NCBI GenBank assembly: GCA_964464595.1
Contig: CAYXGW010000003.1
Span: forward strand, 20,964 to 84,963
Direction: 5' to 3'
Length of the DNA stretch: 64,000 nt
Origin: an uncultured Deferribacteres bacterium
Lineage (GTDB): Bacteria > Zhuqueibacterota > JdFR-76 > DREG01
Both the position numbers and the translations under genes were made by a program. This document shows, in pieces, positions 19,936 through 31,550 of the stretch. The notes beneath the pieces are model-generated. The model made no database searches. It saw only the letters and a list, made by a program, of their open reading frames with translations, and was not told where the DNA came from. Each line of letters opens with the position of its first letter. Positions within the stretch are counted from its first letter, which is position 1.

Positions 19936-21078
19936 GTGCGTTTATTGATTATAAGGAATATAGATGTTGAAAATTTCAGAAATTTTTCCAGCAGAAAATA
20001 TGCTTTTTGTGAATCTATAAATGTTGTTTATGGTTTAAACGGGTATGGAAAATCTAATTTGTTGGAAGCTATTTCCGTTGTTTGTTTGAGTAAAAGTTTT
20101 CGTACACGAAACGATGCCAATTTAATTAAATTTCAAAAAGACAATTTTAGATTAACAGCAAACATTTATTTAGATAGTGGTATAGAAAAAAACATTCAGA
20201 TTTATTATGATACAAATTTGGGAAAACAAATTAGAATTGATCATTCTAAAATTAACTCATTGTCTGAATTGGTTGGATCTTTTCCGATTGTAATTTTATC
20301 CCCGGAAGATGATTCTATAACTTCTGGCCCGCCGTTTGAGCGAAGAAGATTTATAAATCTCGTATTGTCCCAACTTGATAAAGATTATTTTAAACTTTTA
20401 CAAGAATATGTTCGGATTTTGAAACAACGAAATAGAATTTTGCAGGATGCGAAAAAAAGCAGGTATAAATTTTTAGAGAAAATTGAACCATGGGATGAAG
20501 AATTGTTTTACAAATCGAAAGCCATTACGCTGAAGAGAAAAGAATTTTTGAAAGATTTAGAATTATATGCAATCCCAATTCACAAAGAAATAACCTCGTA
20601 CGTTGAAAATTTTACTATTAGCTATAAACCAAATTTTGATCTCGATTTGAAAGATTACCAGGATTTTATAGATGTATTGGAAAAAAAAAGAAATTTGGAG
20701 ATAATCAGGGGAAGTACAATTATGGGCCCCCATCTGGATGAAATAACTTTTTTTATTGATGAACATGAAGTTCGTAAATATGGATCCAGAGGCCAGCATC
20801 GTTGTTGTTTATTGTCATTGAAAATTGCAGAGTTTAAAATTTTAAGGGACAAGAAACTTGAAAATCCTATATTTTTATTAGATGATGTTTATAGTGAAAT
20901 TGACGAAATAAGGGAAAAAGCAGTTACGGAATATTTTTTGGAACTAAAGCAAATTTTCTTGTCTACTCATCAAAGTGATATTAGCCTTGAACTCAAACCC
21001 ATTTACAATAAAAAAATTGAATATATCAACATTCAAAGCGATTCTTTTGAGGATAAAGTTTTGGAACGGGATAATTAG
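19936..21078 (+). CDS. recF: DNA replication and repair protein RecF
   Basis: 380 aa. N-terminal NFRNF motif, Walker A GLNGYGKSNLLEAI, C-terminal Walker B/signature region LLDDVYSEID. Synteny dnaA-dnaN-recF-gyrB. Confidence 0.92.
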   Translation: MRLLIIRNIDVENFRNFSSRKYAFCESINVVYGLNGYGKSNLLEAISVVCLSKSFRTRNDANLIKFQKDNFRLTANIYLDSGIEKNIQIYYDTNLGKQIRIDHSKINSLSELVGSFPIVILSPEDDSITSGPPFERRRFINLVLSQLDKDYFKLLQEYVRILKQRNRILQDAKKSRYKFLEKIEPWDEELFYKSKAITLKRKEFLKDLELYAIPIHKEITSYVENFTISYKPNFDLDLKDYQDFIDVLEKKRNLEIIRGSTIMGPHLDEITFFIDEHEVRKYGSRGQHRCCLLSLKIAEFKILRDKKLENPIFLLDDVYSEIDEIREKAVTEYFLELKQIFLSTHQSDISLELKPIYNKKIEYINIQSDSFEDKVLERDN

Positions 21079-21371
21079 TGATGAGCCAAAATAATTTTTC
21101 TGCAATTAGTGATATCATTAAAAATATTATTAAAAAGCACGAACTGGAAATAATTGTTCTCGAAGAACAGACAGTAAAGGAATGGAAGAATGTTGTAGGC
21201 AAAAGAATTTCAAAAGTAACCAAAGCGATCAAAGTCTCCGATGGAAAATTATTTGTTCAAGTACTAAGCAGCGGCTGGCGTACAGAGCTTATGCTACTTA
21301 GATCGGAGATCAAGAAAAATATTAATGACAACGTTGGAAGTGATTATTTAAAAGATATTATTTTCGTTTAA
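21078..21371 (+). CDS. DUF721 (DciA-like) small protein
   Basis: 97 aa. Motif EWKNVVGKRISKVTKAIKVSDGKLFVQVLSSGWRTEL matches the DUF721 pattern (W..VG..IA..T.P..L..G.L.V.V.SSAW..EL). Conserved recF-gyrB location as for DUF721 ORFs in many phyla. Start GTG 21078 or ATG 21081; overlaps the recF stop. Confidence 0.6.
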   Translation: MMSQNNFSAISDIIKNIIKKHELEIIVLEEQTVKEWKNVVGKRISKVTKAIKVSDGKLFVQVLSSGWRTELMLLRSEIKKNINDNVGSDYLKDIIFV

Positions 21372-21385
21372 CGAAAGGAAAATAA

Positions 21386-23323
<1,938 letters not shown>

Positions 23324-23356
23324 CAATAAAGAATTACTGGAGATTTTAGATAAATA

Positions 23357-25789
23357 ATGTCTGAAAATAGAAATAGAGTCATTCCGGTTTATATCGAAGA
23401 AGAGATGAAAAAATCTTATTTGGATTATTCGATGTCCGTAATTGTTGCCCGAGCGCTGCCGGACGTTCGTGATGGACTGAAACCGGTACATAGGCGAGTT
23501 TTATATGGGATGAGAGACTTGGGTTTAACCCCGGATAAAGCTTATAAAAAAAGTGCAAGGATTGTTGGTGAGGTTCTGGGAAAGTACCACCCCCATGGCG
23601 ATACAGCAGTTTATGACAGCATGGTACGAATGGTACAAGATTTTTCTCTTCGTTATCCACTGGTTGATGGTCAAGGAAACTTTGGTTCCGTAGACGGCGA
23701 TTCACCGGCGGCAATGCGGTATACCGAAGCTAGATTATCGAAGATCGCGATGGAGATTTTGCGTGATCTTGAAAAAAACACAGTTAAATTTATTCCGAAT
23801 TTTGATGAATCCTTAGAAGAACCGACAGTTTTACCATCGGTCTTGCCAAATTTACTTGTGAATGGAGCAACCGGTATTGCTGTCGGAATGGCCACAAATA
23901 TTCCGCCTCATAATTTAAACGAAATTATCGATGGATTAATCATTTTAATAGATGAACCGGAAGCCGGCTTAGATCGTTTAATGACAGCTATTCAAGGACC
24001 GGATTTTCCAACAGCGGCGATTATTTATGGAAGCAGGGAATTAAAGCAAATTTATGAAACAGGCCAGGGTAGGGTCATTTTGCGGGCACGGGCTAATGTT
24101 GAAACAAATAAAAGCGGTAAAGAAAGTATTATTGTAACCGAGTTGCCCTTCCAGGTGAATAAAGCAAGATTGCAAGAGAAAATAGCCCATTTGATTCAGA
24201 CGAAAAAAGTTGAAGGAATTAGTGATATCAGGGACGAATCGGATCGCGATGGAATGCGCGTTGTCCTGGATTTAAAGCGGGACGCAGTAGCAGAAGTCGT
24301 GCTAAATCAACTATATAAACATACACAAATGCAAACGACATTTGGGGTGAATCTTCTTGCGTTGGTAAACGGCCAACCCAAGACCCTTAATTTACATGAA
24401 GCGTTACAACATTTTATTGATTTCCGCCATGACATAGTAGTAAAAAGAACACAATTTGACCTGGAGAAAGCTGAAAAGCGAGCCCATATTTTGGAGGGTT
24501 TGAAAATCGCATTAGACAATATTGATGCGATCATTGCACTCATTAAAAAATCTAAAAATCCAGCGGTTGCAAAAGAAAATTTAATGGAGCAATTTAAGCT
24601 ATCTGAAATTCAGGCACAGGCAATATTAGACATGCGTTTACAGAGATTGACCGGCCTGGAAAGAAAGAAAATTGAAGATGAATACTTGGAGATAATAAAA
24701 CTGATTGCATATTTGAAAAGTATTTTGGAAAGCAAAGCATTAAGAATGAACATTATTAAAGACGAACTTTTAGAACTAAAAGATAGATTTGGCGATGATA
24801 GACGAACCGAGATTTTCCACACTGTTGAAGAATTTGACCTGGAAGATTTGATTGCCGAAGAGGATATGGTCGTTACGATTTCTCACGGCGGTTTTATTAA
24901 ACGATTCCCGGTTACCGGTTATAGACGGCAAATCCGGGGAGGTAAAGGCTCTACAGGTGCGTCCAATACGGAAGAAGATTTTGTCGAGCAATTGTTCGTG
25001 GCATCCACTCATCACTACGTTCTGTTCTTTACGACAGAGGGACGGTGTTATTGGCAAAAAGTTTATGATATTCCTCAATCAGGTCGGGCAACCAAGGGAC
25101 GGGCCATTGTAAATTTACTGCAACTGAATAAGAACGAATTTGTTCGAGCAGCCATTACAGTGAGACAGTTTGATGATCAACACAGTATCGTTTTTGCCAC
25201 AAAGAAAGGTATTATTAAGAAAACCAAATTAAGCGCCTTCAGTAAACCTCGTCGTGGGGGTATTGCCGCTATTACCATTCGAGAAGAGGATCAGCTGATC
25301 GATGCAAAAATGACAGACGGAACACAGGAAATTATCCTGGCCACCAGAAGAGGCAAAGCCGTAAGATTTGCCGAAAAAGAAGTTCGAAATATGGGCCGAA
25401 CCGCTGCAGGTGTAAAGGGAGTAAATTTAGCTTCGGGCGATCATGTGATTGGAATGGTAACCGTCATGCGCGGAGCGACTCTTCTTGTAGTGTCTGAAAA
25501 TGGCTATGGAAAACGAAGCAATGTGCCCGATTACCGAATTACTCGTCGTGGCGGAAAAGGTGTAATTGCTGTTAAAACCACGGAAAAAATAGGGAAGCTG
25601 GTTTCAATTCGTTGTGTCTACGAAACGGAAGATTTGATGATTATTACATCTAATGGTCTCGTCATACGTTTACCGATCAGGACTATTCCGATTATTGGCA
25701 GAAACACACAGGGTGTTCGACTTATCAGGCTAAACGTGGGAGATAAAGTGGCTGATGTTGCCGCTTTAATGGAAGGTGAGGAGAGTTAG
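23357..25789 (+). CDS. gyrA: DNA gyrase subunit A
   Basis: 810 aa. N-terminal motif [24 protein letters not shown], active-site region [11 protein letters not shown]-terminal beta-pinwheel repeats. Confidence 0.97.
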   Translation: MSENRNRVIPVYIEEEMKKSYLDYSMSVIVARALPDVRDGLKPVHRRVLYGMRDLGLTPDKAYKKSARIVGEVLGKYHPHGDTAVYDSMVRMVQDFSLRYPLVDGQGNFGSVDGDSPAAMRYTEARLSKIAMEILRDLEKNTVKFIPNFDESLEEPTVLPSVLPNLLVNGATGIAVGMATNIPPHNLNEIIDGLIILIDEPEAGLDRLMTAIQGPDFPTAAIIYGSRELKQIYETGQGRVILRARANVETNKSGKESIIVTELPFQVNKARLQEKIAHLIQTKKVEGISDIRDESDRDGMRVVLDLKRDAVAEVVLNQLYKHTQMQTTFGVNLLALVNGQPKTLNLHEALQHFIDFRHDIVVKRTQFDLEKAEKRAHILEGLKIALDNIDAIIALIKKSKNPAVAKENLMEQFKLSEIQAQAILDMRLQRLTGLERKKIEDEYLEIIKLIAYLKSILESKALRMNIIKDELLELKDRFGDDRRTEIFHTVEEFDLEDLIAEEDMVVTISHGGFIKRFPVTGYRRQIRGGKGSTGASNTEEDFVEQLFVASTHHYVLFFTTEGRCYWQKVYDIPQSGRATKGRAIVNLLQLNKNEFVRAAITVRQFDDQHSIVFATKKGIIKKTKLSAFSKPRRGGIAAITIREEDQLIDAKMTDGTQEIILATRRGKAVRFAEKEVRNMGRTAAGVKGVNLASGDHVIGMVTVMRGATLLVVSENGYGKRSNVPDYRITRRGGKGVIAVKTTEKIGKLVSIRCVYETEDLMIITSNGLVIRLPIRTIPIIGRNTQGVRLIRLNVGDKVADVAALMEGEES

Positions 25790-25884
25790 GCGGGTAAAGG
25801 TATTTCAGGAACTGAGATTTTGACCCAAGAGTTTCGCTATGAATAAACATACGCTGATTATTTTGAAGACTTGTTGTTTCTATT

Positions 25885-28563
25885 TTAAAATTGAAAGCCT
25901 AAATCAAAAGAAAATTCTTTTCTATTATTTGAATTTCCACCATAGCTGAAGGAAAAGACACCCAGTAGTGAATCGAAAGAAATTTTACCGCCAATTCCCG
26001 TTATAACGTCCTCGGCCACAATTTGATCCCTACTGTCATTCCATATTGCACCCAAATCGTATCGCAAAGAAAAATAAGTGTCAATCGGTATTTTACCAGG
26101 CATAAAATAGCGCAATTCCAAATTCGCTCGGATTAATCTCCGGCCGCGAACTTCATTTAGACGAAATCCATAAAATTGATCATTGTTTCCCATATCGAAA
26201 AATTCCGGGAAGGGTGTTGTATTCTCTGCGACGGCCCATACGATTTTTGGACTAATGGTCCATCGCCTTAAAAAACTATAGTAAGATTCGAACCGGGAAT
26301 AGAGTTTAAAAAACGATTTTCGATTACCAAAAAATTCAGGAGACATTTTATAATAAAATAGATTGTATCTCCCTTTTTTGGGAAAGGGCAATTTGTCAAG
26401 AGAGTCAACAATCCACTGTAACTTTAAACTAACCAGGTTGTCTTCGTACTCAGGAAAACCAAATCCAAACACAGGCTTAAACCGAATTTTTTCAACGTTG
26501 AATTCAGTTGACAAGAGGCCATCTCTCCTTAACTGTTTTCCAAATGAAGCACGAAGTCCGGTGTGTTGTTCTTTATATTCACCGGAAAGATTTCCTTGTG
26601 AAAAGGCATTCAACCGTTTTTGAAAATAATAATTATGGAATTGAAATGAAAAATCTGAGTTGAAGATTTGATCAAACTGAATTTCAATATCTCCGGAAAA
26701 ATACCTTTTTCCGGCAATACCTCCGATCTTAATTTGATTACCAAGTCCGAAAAGATTGTCATCGAGCCATTGAAAAAGAGATTGAAAACCGAAATCCTTA
26801 CTGAAATTATAACTCAAATTTACTAAAGTTGAGGGTCTTTCTCCAACGCGTAAATTTAGATAAAGTTTATCATTACGCCAGGTATATTCAGGTTGAACAC
26901 GATCAAAAAGTCCTAATCCGTAAAGATTTGCTACCCCATTAAGGGACAAAGAGTTACGAAAATAATCACCACTTTTCAAACCGTATTCCTTCAGAATAAT
27001 GGAAGAATGAGTTCTCTTGTTTCCGAACAAATCTACGGATTCGATTTTTCCTTCATCAATATAGATGGAAAGAATGCCCGAAGAATGGTAAAAAGTTTCC
27101 TTATAGATTCTGGCTAATGGAAAATCATTTTTTCGATAAAGTTTTAAAATATTTTCACGATCCAGCTGCCATGCGTGTATATTGAACGACTTACCCTTTT
27201 TGTTTCTCATTATCGAAGTGAGAAGACTATCTGACAGTTGCTGATTGTTGGTAAATGTTATTTTTTCCAAAATAGGATAAAATGTAACGAAGATTTCTAC
27301 GGCATTTGAATCTACTTCCACACCATATACGGAATTCACAAGACCGGAATTATATAGAGTTTGGAATGTATCTAAGATTTTGTTTTTTTCTACTGAGATC
27401 CCTACTTCTGGTAAAAAACCATTTTTCTGGAAATTGTGTCGGCCGTCAACAGTGATGTTGGCAATGTAATATTTTTTGTCCAGAAAATTTTCAGTTCTTA
27501 GGATGTTTTGAATCGCCTTTTTAATTATTCCGATAGATTTCCGGCATGCATCAATACCTGCTTGGTAAACAACTTCGAGACTATCGAAATCCGTATTGGT
27601 ACGATTCCTTAGATTAGGTGTTACCACGATATCCGATTCTTTTTTTGCTTTGTCTTTCTGGCTGACTTGCATTATGGTTGTTACCTGGTCGGCCAATTGC
27701 CAGGGTAAAAGAATTTCTTCTTTTGGTCGAAGAGGAGAAGTCGTATCGATAGAAATGATCAAATCGGGGTCAAAATCTTCTATTCCAGAAACGGGGATGT
27801 TTGCTAAAACGCCGCCATCCACAAGAAGGAAGGTATCTATCGAAACCGGAGAGAACAATAATGGAATAGCCGAACTTGCCAACATCACTTGGGCAAGATC
27901 TCCACGATCAAAAAAAACAATTTTTCCACGAATTAAATCAGTTGCGACAGAACGGAATGGTATTTTCAGGTTATCATAATTATTTGTCGCATGATATGGC
28001 GCATCGAGAACCAACTGGTAAAGTTGATTATACATTTTTTGGCCAGGAGAAATTGCCGGGGGTATATATGGCTTTGTACCCTTTAAACGAATTTGCAGCA
28101 AGTGACGGTTTTCGGATTGTTTTTTTGAGAAAAGTAGGCTTGTTCTCTGTGGTTTATCTTCGATGATTTCTTGCCAAAGAATACTGCTCAACTGTAGCCA
28201 AATTTCGTCAGCCGAGTACCCTGAAGCAAAGAGTCCTCCCACAATACTACCCATACTTGTTCCGGCAATATAATGAATCGTGATATTGTTTTCTTCAAGA
28301 ACTTTTAATATACCGATGTGAGCAATACCCCGTGCGCCCCCCCCGCTAAGAACCAACGCAACTGTTGGTTCTAAATTTCTATAACGAGGAAAAAGTAACT
28401 CCGTTTGCAAGATTTTAGAATTGGCAGGCAATAAAATTATATTGGATTGAAATGCAGCCACATCGGTGGTGTGAAAGAGAAAGATAATCCCTAAAAGTAT
28501 TAACCTAACCAAAAAACAAAGTTTCTGCTGGGCTAAAGGAAATATTTTGATTGTTGAAAGCAA
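25885..28563 (-). CDS. Patatin-like phospholipase fused to POTRA/Omp85 (bacterial surface antigen) outer-membrane barrel
   Basis: 892 aa. Signal peptide. Patatin motifs LVLSGGGARGIAHIGILKVLEE (oxyanion/Gly-rich) and GTSMGSIVGG (GxSxG nucleophile), DGG. Long C-terminal beta-strand-rich region ending in aromatic terminal residue (..LGFQF). Architecture as in PlpD-like type Vd proteins. Confidence 0.75.
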   Translation of the reverse strand: MLSTIKIFPLAQQKLCFLVRLILLGIIFLFHTTDVAAFQSNIILLPANSKILQTELLFPRYRNLEPTVALVLSGGGARGIAHIGILKVLEENNITIHYIAGTSMGSIVGGLFASGYSADEIWLQLSSILWQEIIEDKPQRTSLLFSKKQSENRHLLQIRLKGTKPYIPPAISPGQKMYNQLYQLVLDAPYHATNNYDNLKIPFRSVATDLIRGKIVFFDRGDLAQVMLASSAIPLLFSPVSIDTFLLVDGGVLANIPVSGIEDFDPDLIISIDTTSPLRPKEEILLPWQLADQVTTIMQVSQKDKAKKESDIVVTPNLRNRTNTDFDSLEVVYQAGIDACRKSIGIIKKAIQNILRTENFLDKKYYIANITVDGRHNFQKNGFLPEVGISVEKNKILDTFQTLYNSGLVNSVYGVEVDSNAVEIFVTFYPILEKITFTNNQQLSDSLLTSIMRNKKGKSFNIHAWQLDRENILKLYRKNDFPLARIYKETFYHSSGILSIYIDEGKIESVDLFGNKRTHSSIILKEYGLKSGDYFRNSLSLNGVANLYGLGLFDRVQPEYTWRNDKLYLNLRVGERPSTLVNLSYNFSKDFGFQSLFQWLDDNLFGLGNQIKIGGIAGKRYFSGDIEIQFDQIFNSDFSFQFHNYYFQKRLNAFSQGNLSGEYKEQHTGLRASFGKQLRRDGLLSTEFNVEKIRFKPVFGFGFPEYEDNLVSLKLQWIVDSLDKLPFPKKGRYNLFYYKMSPEFFGNRKSFFKLYSRFESYYSFLRRWTISPKIVWAVAENTTPFPEFFDMGNNDQFYGFRLNEVRGRRLIRANLELRYFMPGKIPIDTYFSLRYDLGAIWNDSRDQIVAEDVITGIGGKISFDSLLGVFSFSYGGNSNNRKEFSFDLGFQF

Positions 28564-28637
28564 TAGTATACCAGTTGAATTGATTTAGATTAATTCTTAA
28601 TTTTGTAACGAAACAACATAAAATTCAACAGATTTCT

Positions 28638-29207
28638 ATGAATATAATCGAATCCGGTGTTAACAAGCCGCTAAAACTATTAATCCTTTCCAGTCTAATG
28701 GCTGCATTAACGGCAGTGGGTGCTCAAATCCGTATTCCAATGTTTCCGGTTCCCTTTACGTTGCAAACTTTATTTGTATTATTGTCGGGGAATTTATTGG
28801 GCGCCAAATGGGGTGGCTACAGCATGTTGTTATATCTCGCATTGGGATTAATGGGATTTCCGGTCTTTGCTGGAACATCAGGTTTGGGGGTTGCATTTAC
28901 ACCTACATTTGGGTATTTACTCTCGTTTCCAATATGCGCCTATTGGGTCGGCAAAAGAATGGCCAGAAAAAACGGGTACAAAAAGAGCTTTACGAAGATT
29001 TTTATGATTAATGTTATTGGGCAGATTTGGATTTTTGCTTTGGGAGTTTCTTATTTATGGTTAATTTCAAATCTATATTTGGGGGATCACTTCCCACTAG
29101 AAAAAGCATTGATGGCAGGTTTTGTTTTGTTTATACCGGGAGTATTGATAAAAGTAACAATTGCAGCCTGGATAACCAATCATATGCAAAAAGGACAATT
29201 AATTTAG
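28638..29207 (+). CDS. bioY: Biotin transporter BioY (ECF transporter S component)
   Basis: 189 aa, 5-6 TM. Motifs IRIPMFPVPFTLQTLFVLLSGNLLG and GFPVFAGTSGLGV typical of BioY. Confidence 0.8.
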   Translation: MNIIESGVNKPLKLLILSSLMAALTAVGAQIRIPMFPVPFTLQTLFVLLSGNLLGAKWGGYSMLLYLALGLMGFPVFAGTSGLGVAFTPTFGYLLSFPICAYWVGKRMARKNGYKKSFTKIFMINVIGQIWIFALGVSYLWLISNLYLGDHFPLEKALMAGFVLFIPGVLIKVTIAAWITNHMQKGQLI

Positions 29208-29248
29208 CTTCCATCTTAACTTCAAAGAATTATCTAGATTAGAGTAAT

Positions 29249-30226
29249 ATGAAATATTTAATCGGAATCGATGGCGGAGGAACTAAAACAAAAGCTGTGT
29301 TAAGTGATCTGGACGGTAAAATAATCTGTACTACAGAAACGGGTGTATCTAATGTATTAATTGTTGGGGAAAGCGGCGTCAAAGAAGTTTGTGCGAAAAT
29401 TCTTACGATTTTTATTGACAAACAAAAACTCAAACCGAACGAAATTATATATTGGTCACTTGGGCTTGCGGGGGCAGGACGGGAATCAGACCAAGAAAGA
29501 GCTCAAAATGGGGTGGAGTCGTTAGGATTTGAAGACAAGGTTCTTGTAACCAGTGATGCACATGCCGCATTGGTCGGGGCATTTGCTGGAAGGGAAGGTA
29601 TCATAATTATATCTGGAACCGGATCAATCTGTTTTGGGGTAAACGACTCAGGTCAATTATTTCGATCCGGAGGATGGGGCCATTTATTGGGTGACGAAGG
29701 AAGCGGCTATTTTATTGGCCGACATGCAGTAATAGCTGCACTGAAAGATTATGATCAACGGGGACCATCGACAAAATTACGCAGGTCCTTGGAAAATCAT
29801 TTTAAAGTAGACTCCATACATGAGATAATTTCGAAAATCTATCAAGCGAAAGAAGGAGCAAAAGTAGAGATTGCCAATATTGCTCCGTTGGTATTTCACA
29901 AAACGGTTTCAGACGATCAAATCGCAAACGAGATCATCTCGCGTGCAATCGATGAATTAGGGAAGTTAATACTTTCGATAGCAAAGCAAATGGGAAAATT
30001 AGAAGGCTCAATAGAAATTGCAACTGTTGGCTCAATTTTTATTCAGAAGGCAATTATATTGCCCCAATTGAAATCTTACCTTGGTAAGTATTTTAAATTT
30101 ATTAATATTCATGAACCAGAATTAGAACCTGTCCGGGGTGCGATTTTATTGGGATTAAAGAAATTAAAGATTCAAGTAACGGAGGAAATTTTGTCTAATT
30201 TGAAATTATCCAATGAAATGGTTTGA
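29249..30226 (+). CDS. BadF/BadG/BcrA/BcrD-type ATPase, putative MurNAc/GlcNAc kinase (MurK-like)
   Basis: 325 aa. N-terminal phosphate-1 motif LIGIDGGGTKTK, ASKHA-fold pattern. Overlaps the anmK start by 14 nt, suggesting an operon with the anhydro-MurNAc kinase. Confidence 0.65.
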   Translation: MKYLIGIDGGGTKTKAVLSDLDGKIICTTETGVSNVLIVGESGVKEVCAKILTIFIDKQKLKPNEIIYWSLGLAGAGRESDQERAQNGVESLGFEDKVLVTSDAHAALVGAFAGREGIIIISGTGSICFGVNDSGQLFRSGGWGHLLGDEGSGYFIGRHAVIAALKDYDQRGPSTKLRRSLENHFKVDSIHEIISKIYQAKEGAKVEIANIAPLVFHKTVSDDQIANEIISRAIDELGKLILSIAKQMGKLEGSIEIATVGSIFIQKAIILPQLKSYLGKYFKFINIHEPELEPVRGAILLGLKKLKIQVTEEILSNLKLSNEMV

Positions 30227-31406
30227 GAATTTCAAAAACAAAAAAACTGTTCATGCCATTGGATTAATTTCCGGCACCTCTATCGATGGCCTTGACATGG
30301 TTCATCTTCGGATCGAGTCATCTTCAAAAGGACCTCCCGGGTTTGAAGTTCTCTCATTTGATACAAAAACATATCCACGGAAAATAAAGGAATTAATTCT
30401 TAGGAATTCGTTTCCGAACAAAAGTTCATTAGAAGACATTTGTCGATTAAATTTTGAACTTGGTTTTCTCTTTTCGAACTATCTGTTAGAGTTTCTCGAA
30501 AACAAAAAGATAAATCCCGAAATTATTGATTTTATCGGATCTCACGGACACACTCTTATCCACTTGCCAAAAAGAGGGGAAGTAAAGCAGCACAAAGCCG
30601 GAACGTTACAAGTTGGTGATCCTGCGATTATTGCTAACAAGAGTGGAATTTTAACAGTGGGAGATTTTCGAATTGCAGACATGGCTTTGGATGGTGAGGG
30701 CGCGCCGCTTGTTCCTTTTTTTGACGCTTTATATTTTACTCACCCTCAAAAGAACAGGATAATTTTGAATATTGGTGGCATTGCTAATATTACCTCACTG
30801 CCGGCAAATGTCGAATCTGGAAACGTCATAGCTTTTGATACAGGTCCGGGAAATGTTTTGATTGACTATTTCGCAAATCACTATTTTAAAATACCATTTG
30901 ACAAGGATGGCAAAATAGCAAAATCAGGTAATATCCAAGACGACTTATTAGAGGTGCTCCAGGATGATCCATTTTTTCGCAAAAATCCGCCCAAATCAAC
31001 TGGCAAAGAATTGTTCTTGTCGACATTTTTGGAAAAAACACTGGACAGGATAGAAAAGAAAACAATCATTCATCAGGATGTATTGGCCACAGTTACCGAG
31101 TTTACAGCAAAAACAATCAGTTACGCGGTTAATAATTTGCTAAAACAAAAAAATTGGAATGAAATAATCAGTAGCGGTGGGGGGGTGAAGAACCAATTTT
31201 TAATGAAGAGGCTACAGAGTTATTTTTCGGACTCCGAGATTTTAACTTCAGAAATTCTTGGAATTGATCCAGATAGTAAAGAAGCTGTCTGCTTTGCAAT
31301 TCTTGCGTATTTTACATTATTGGGAAAACCGGGTAATTTACCTTCAGCTACCGGAGCTCGAGCGCATACTAGATTGGGGAAGATTTGTTTGCCGCCTTTA
31401 AAGTGA
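30213..31406 (+). CDS. anmK: Anhydro-N-acetylmuramic acid kinase AnmK
   Basis: 397 aa. N-terminal AIGLISGTSIDGLDMV motif and overall AnmK family pattern (..GSHGHTL.H.P...TLQVGDPAIIA..). Confidence 0.85.
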   Translation: MKWFENFKNKKTVHAIGLISGTSIDGLDMVHLRIESSSKGPPGFEVLSFDTKTYPRKIKELILRNSFPNKSSLEDICRLNFELGFLFSNYLLEFLENKKINPEIIDFIGSHGHTLIHLPKRGEVKQHKAGTLQVGDPAIIANKSGILTVGDFRIADMALDGEGAPLVPFFDALYFTHPQKNRIILNIGGIANITSLPANVESGNVIAFDTGPGNVLIDYFANHYFKIPFDKDGKIAKSGNIQDDLLEVLQDDPFFRKNPPKSTGKELFLSTFLEKTLDRIEKKTIIHQDVLATVTEFTAKTISYAVNNLLKQKNWNEIISSGGGVKNQFLMKRLQSYFSDSEILTSEILGIDPDSKEAVCFAILAYFTLLGKPGNLPSATGARAHTRLGKICLPPLK

Positions 31407-31550
31407 AGCGTATTGCAACCATCATCCATAACCTTTTGTTGGATATTTTTTAAGTAAACCGCTATTTTCTAGGTTTGCAATTTACGATTAAAAGAGGACA
31501 AAGAAGCCCTGGAATTTTGATTTAAATAAGTTGAAGAAGTATATATTTTT

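Noticed and set aside
24307-25112. Several 60-100 aa minus-strand ORFs inside gyrA (24307..24543, 24610..24822, 24776..25078) and a plus-strand ORF 24852..25112
   Set aside because: Embedded in the well-supported gyrA frame. No independent motif. Typical shadow ORFs of a long gene.
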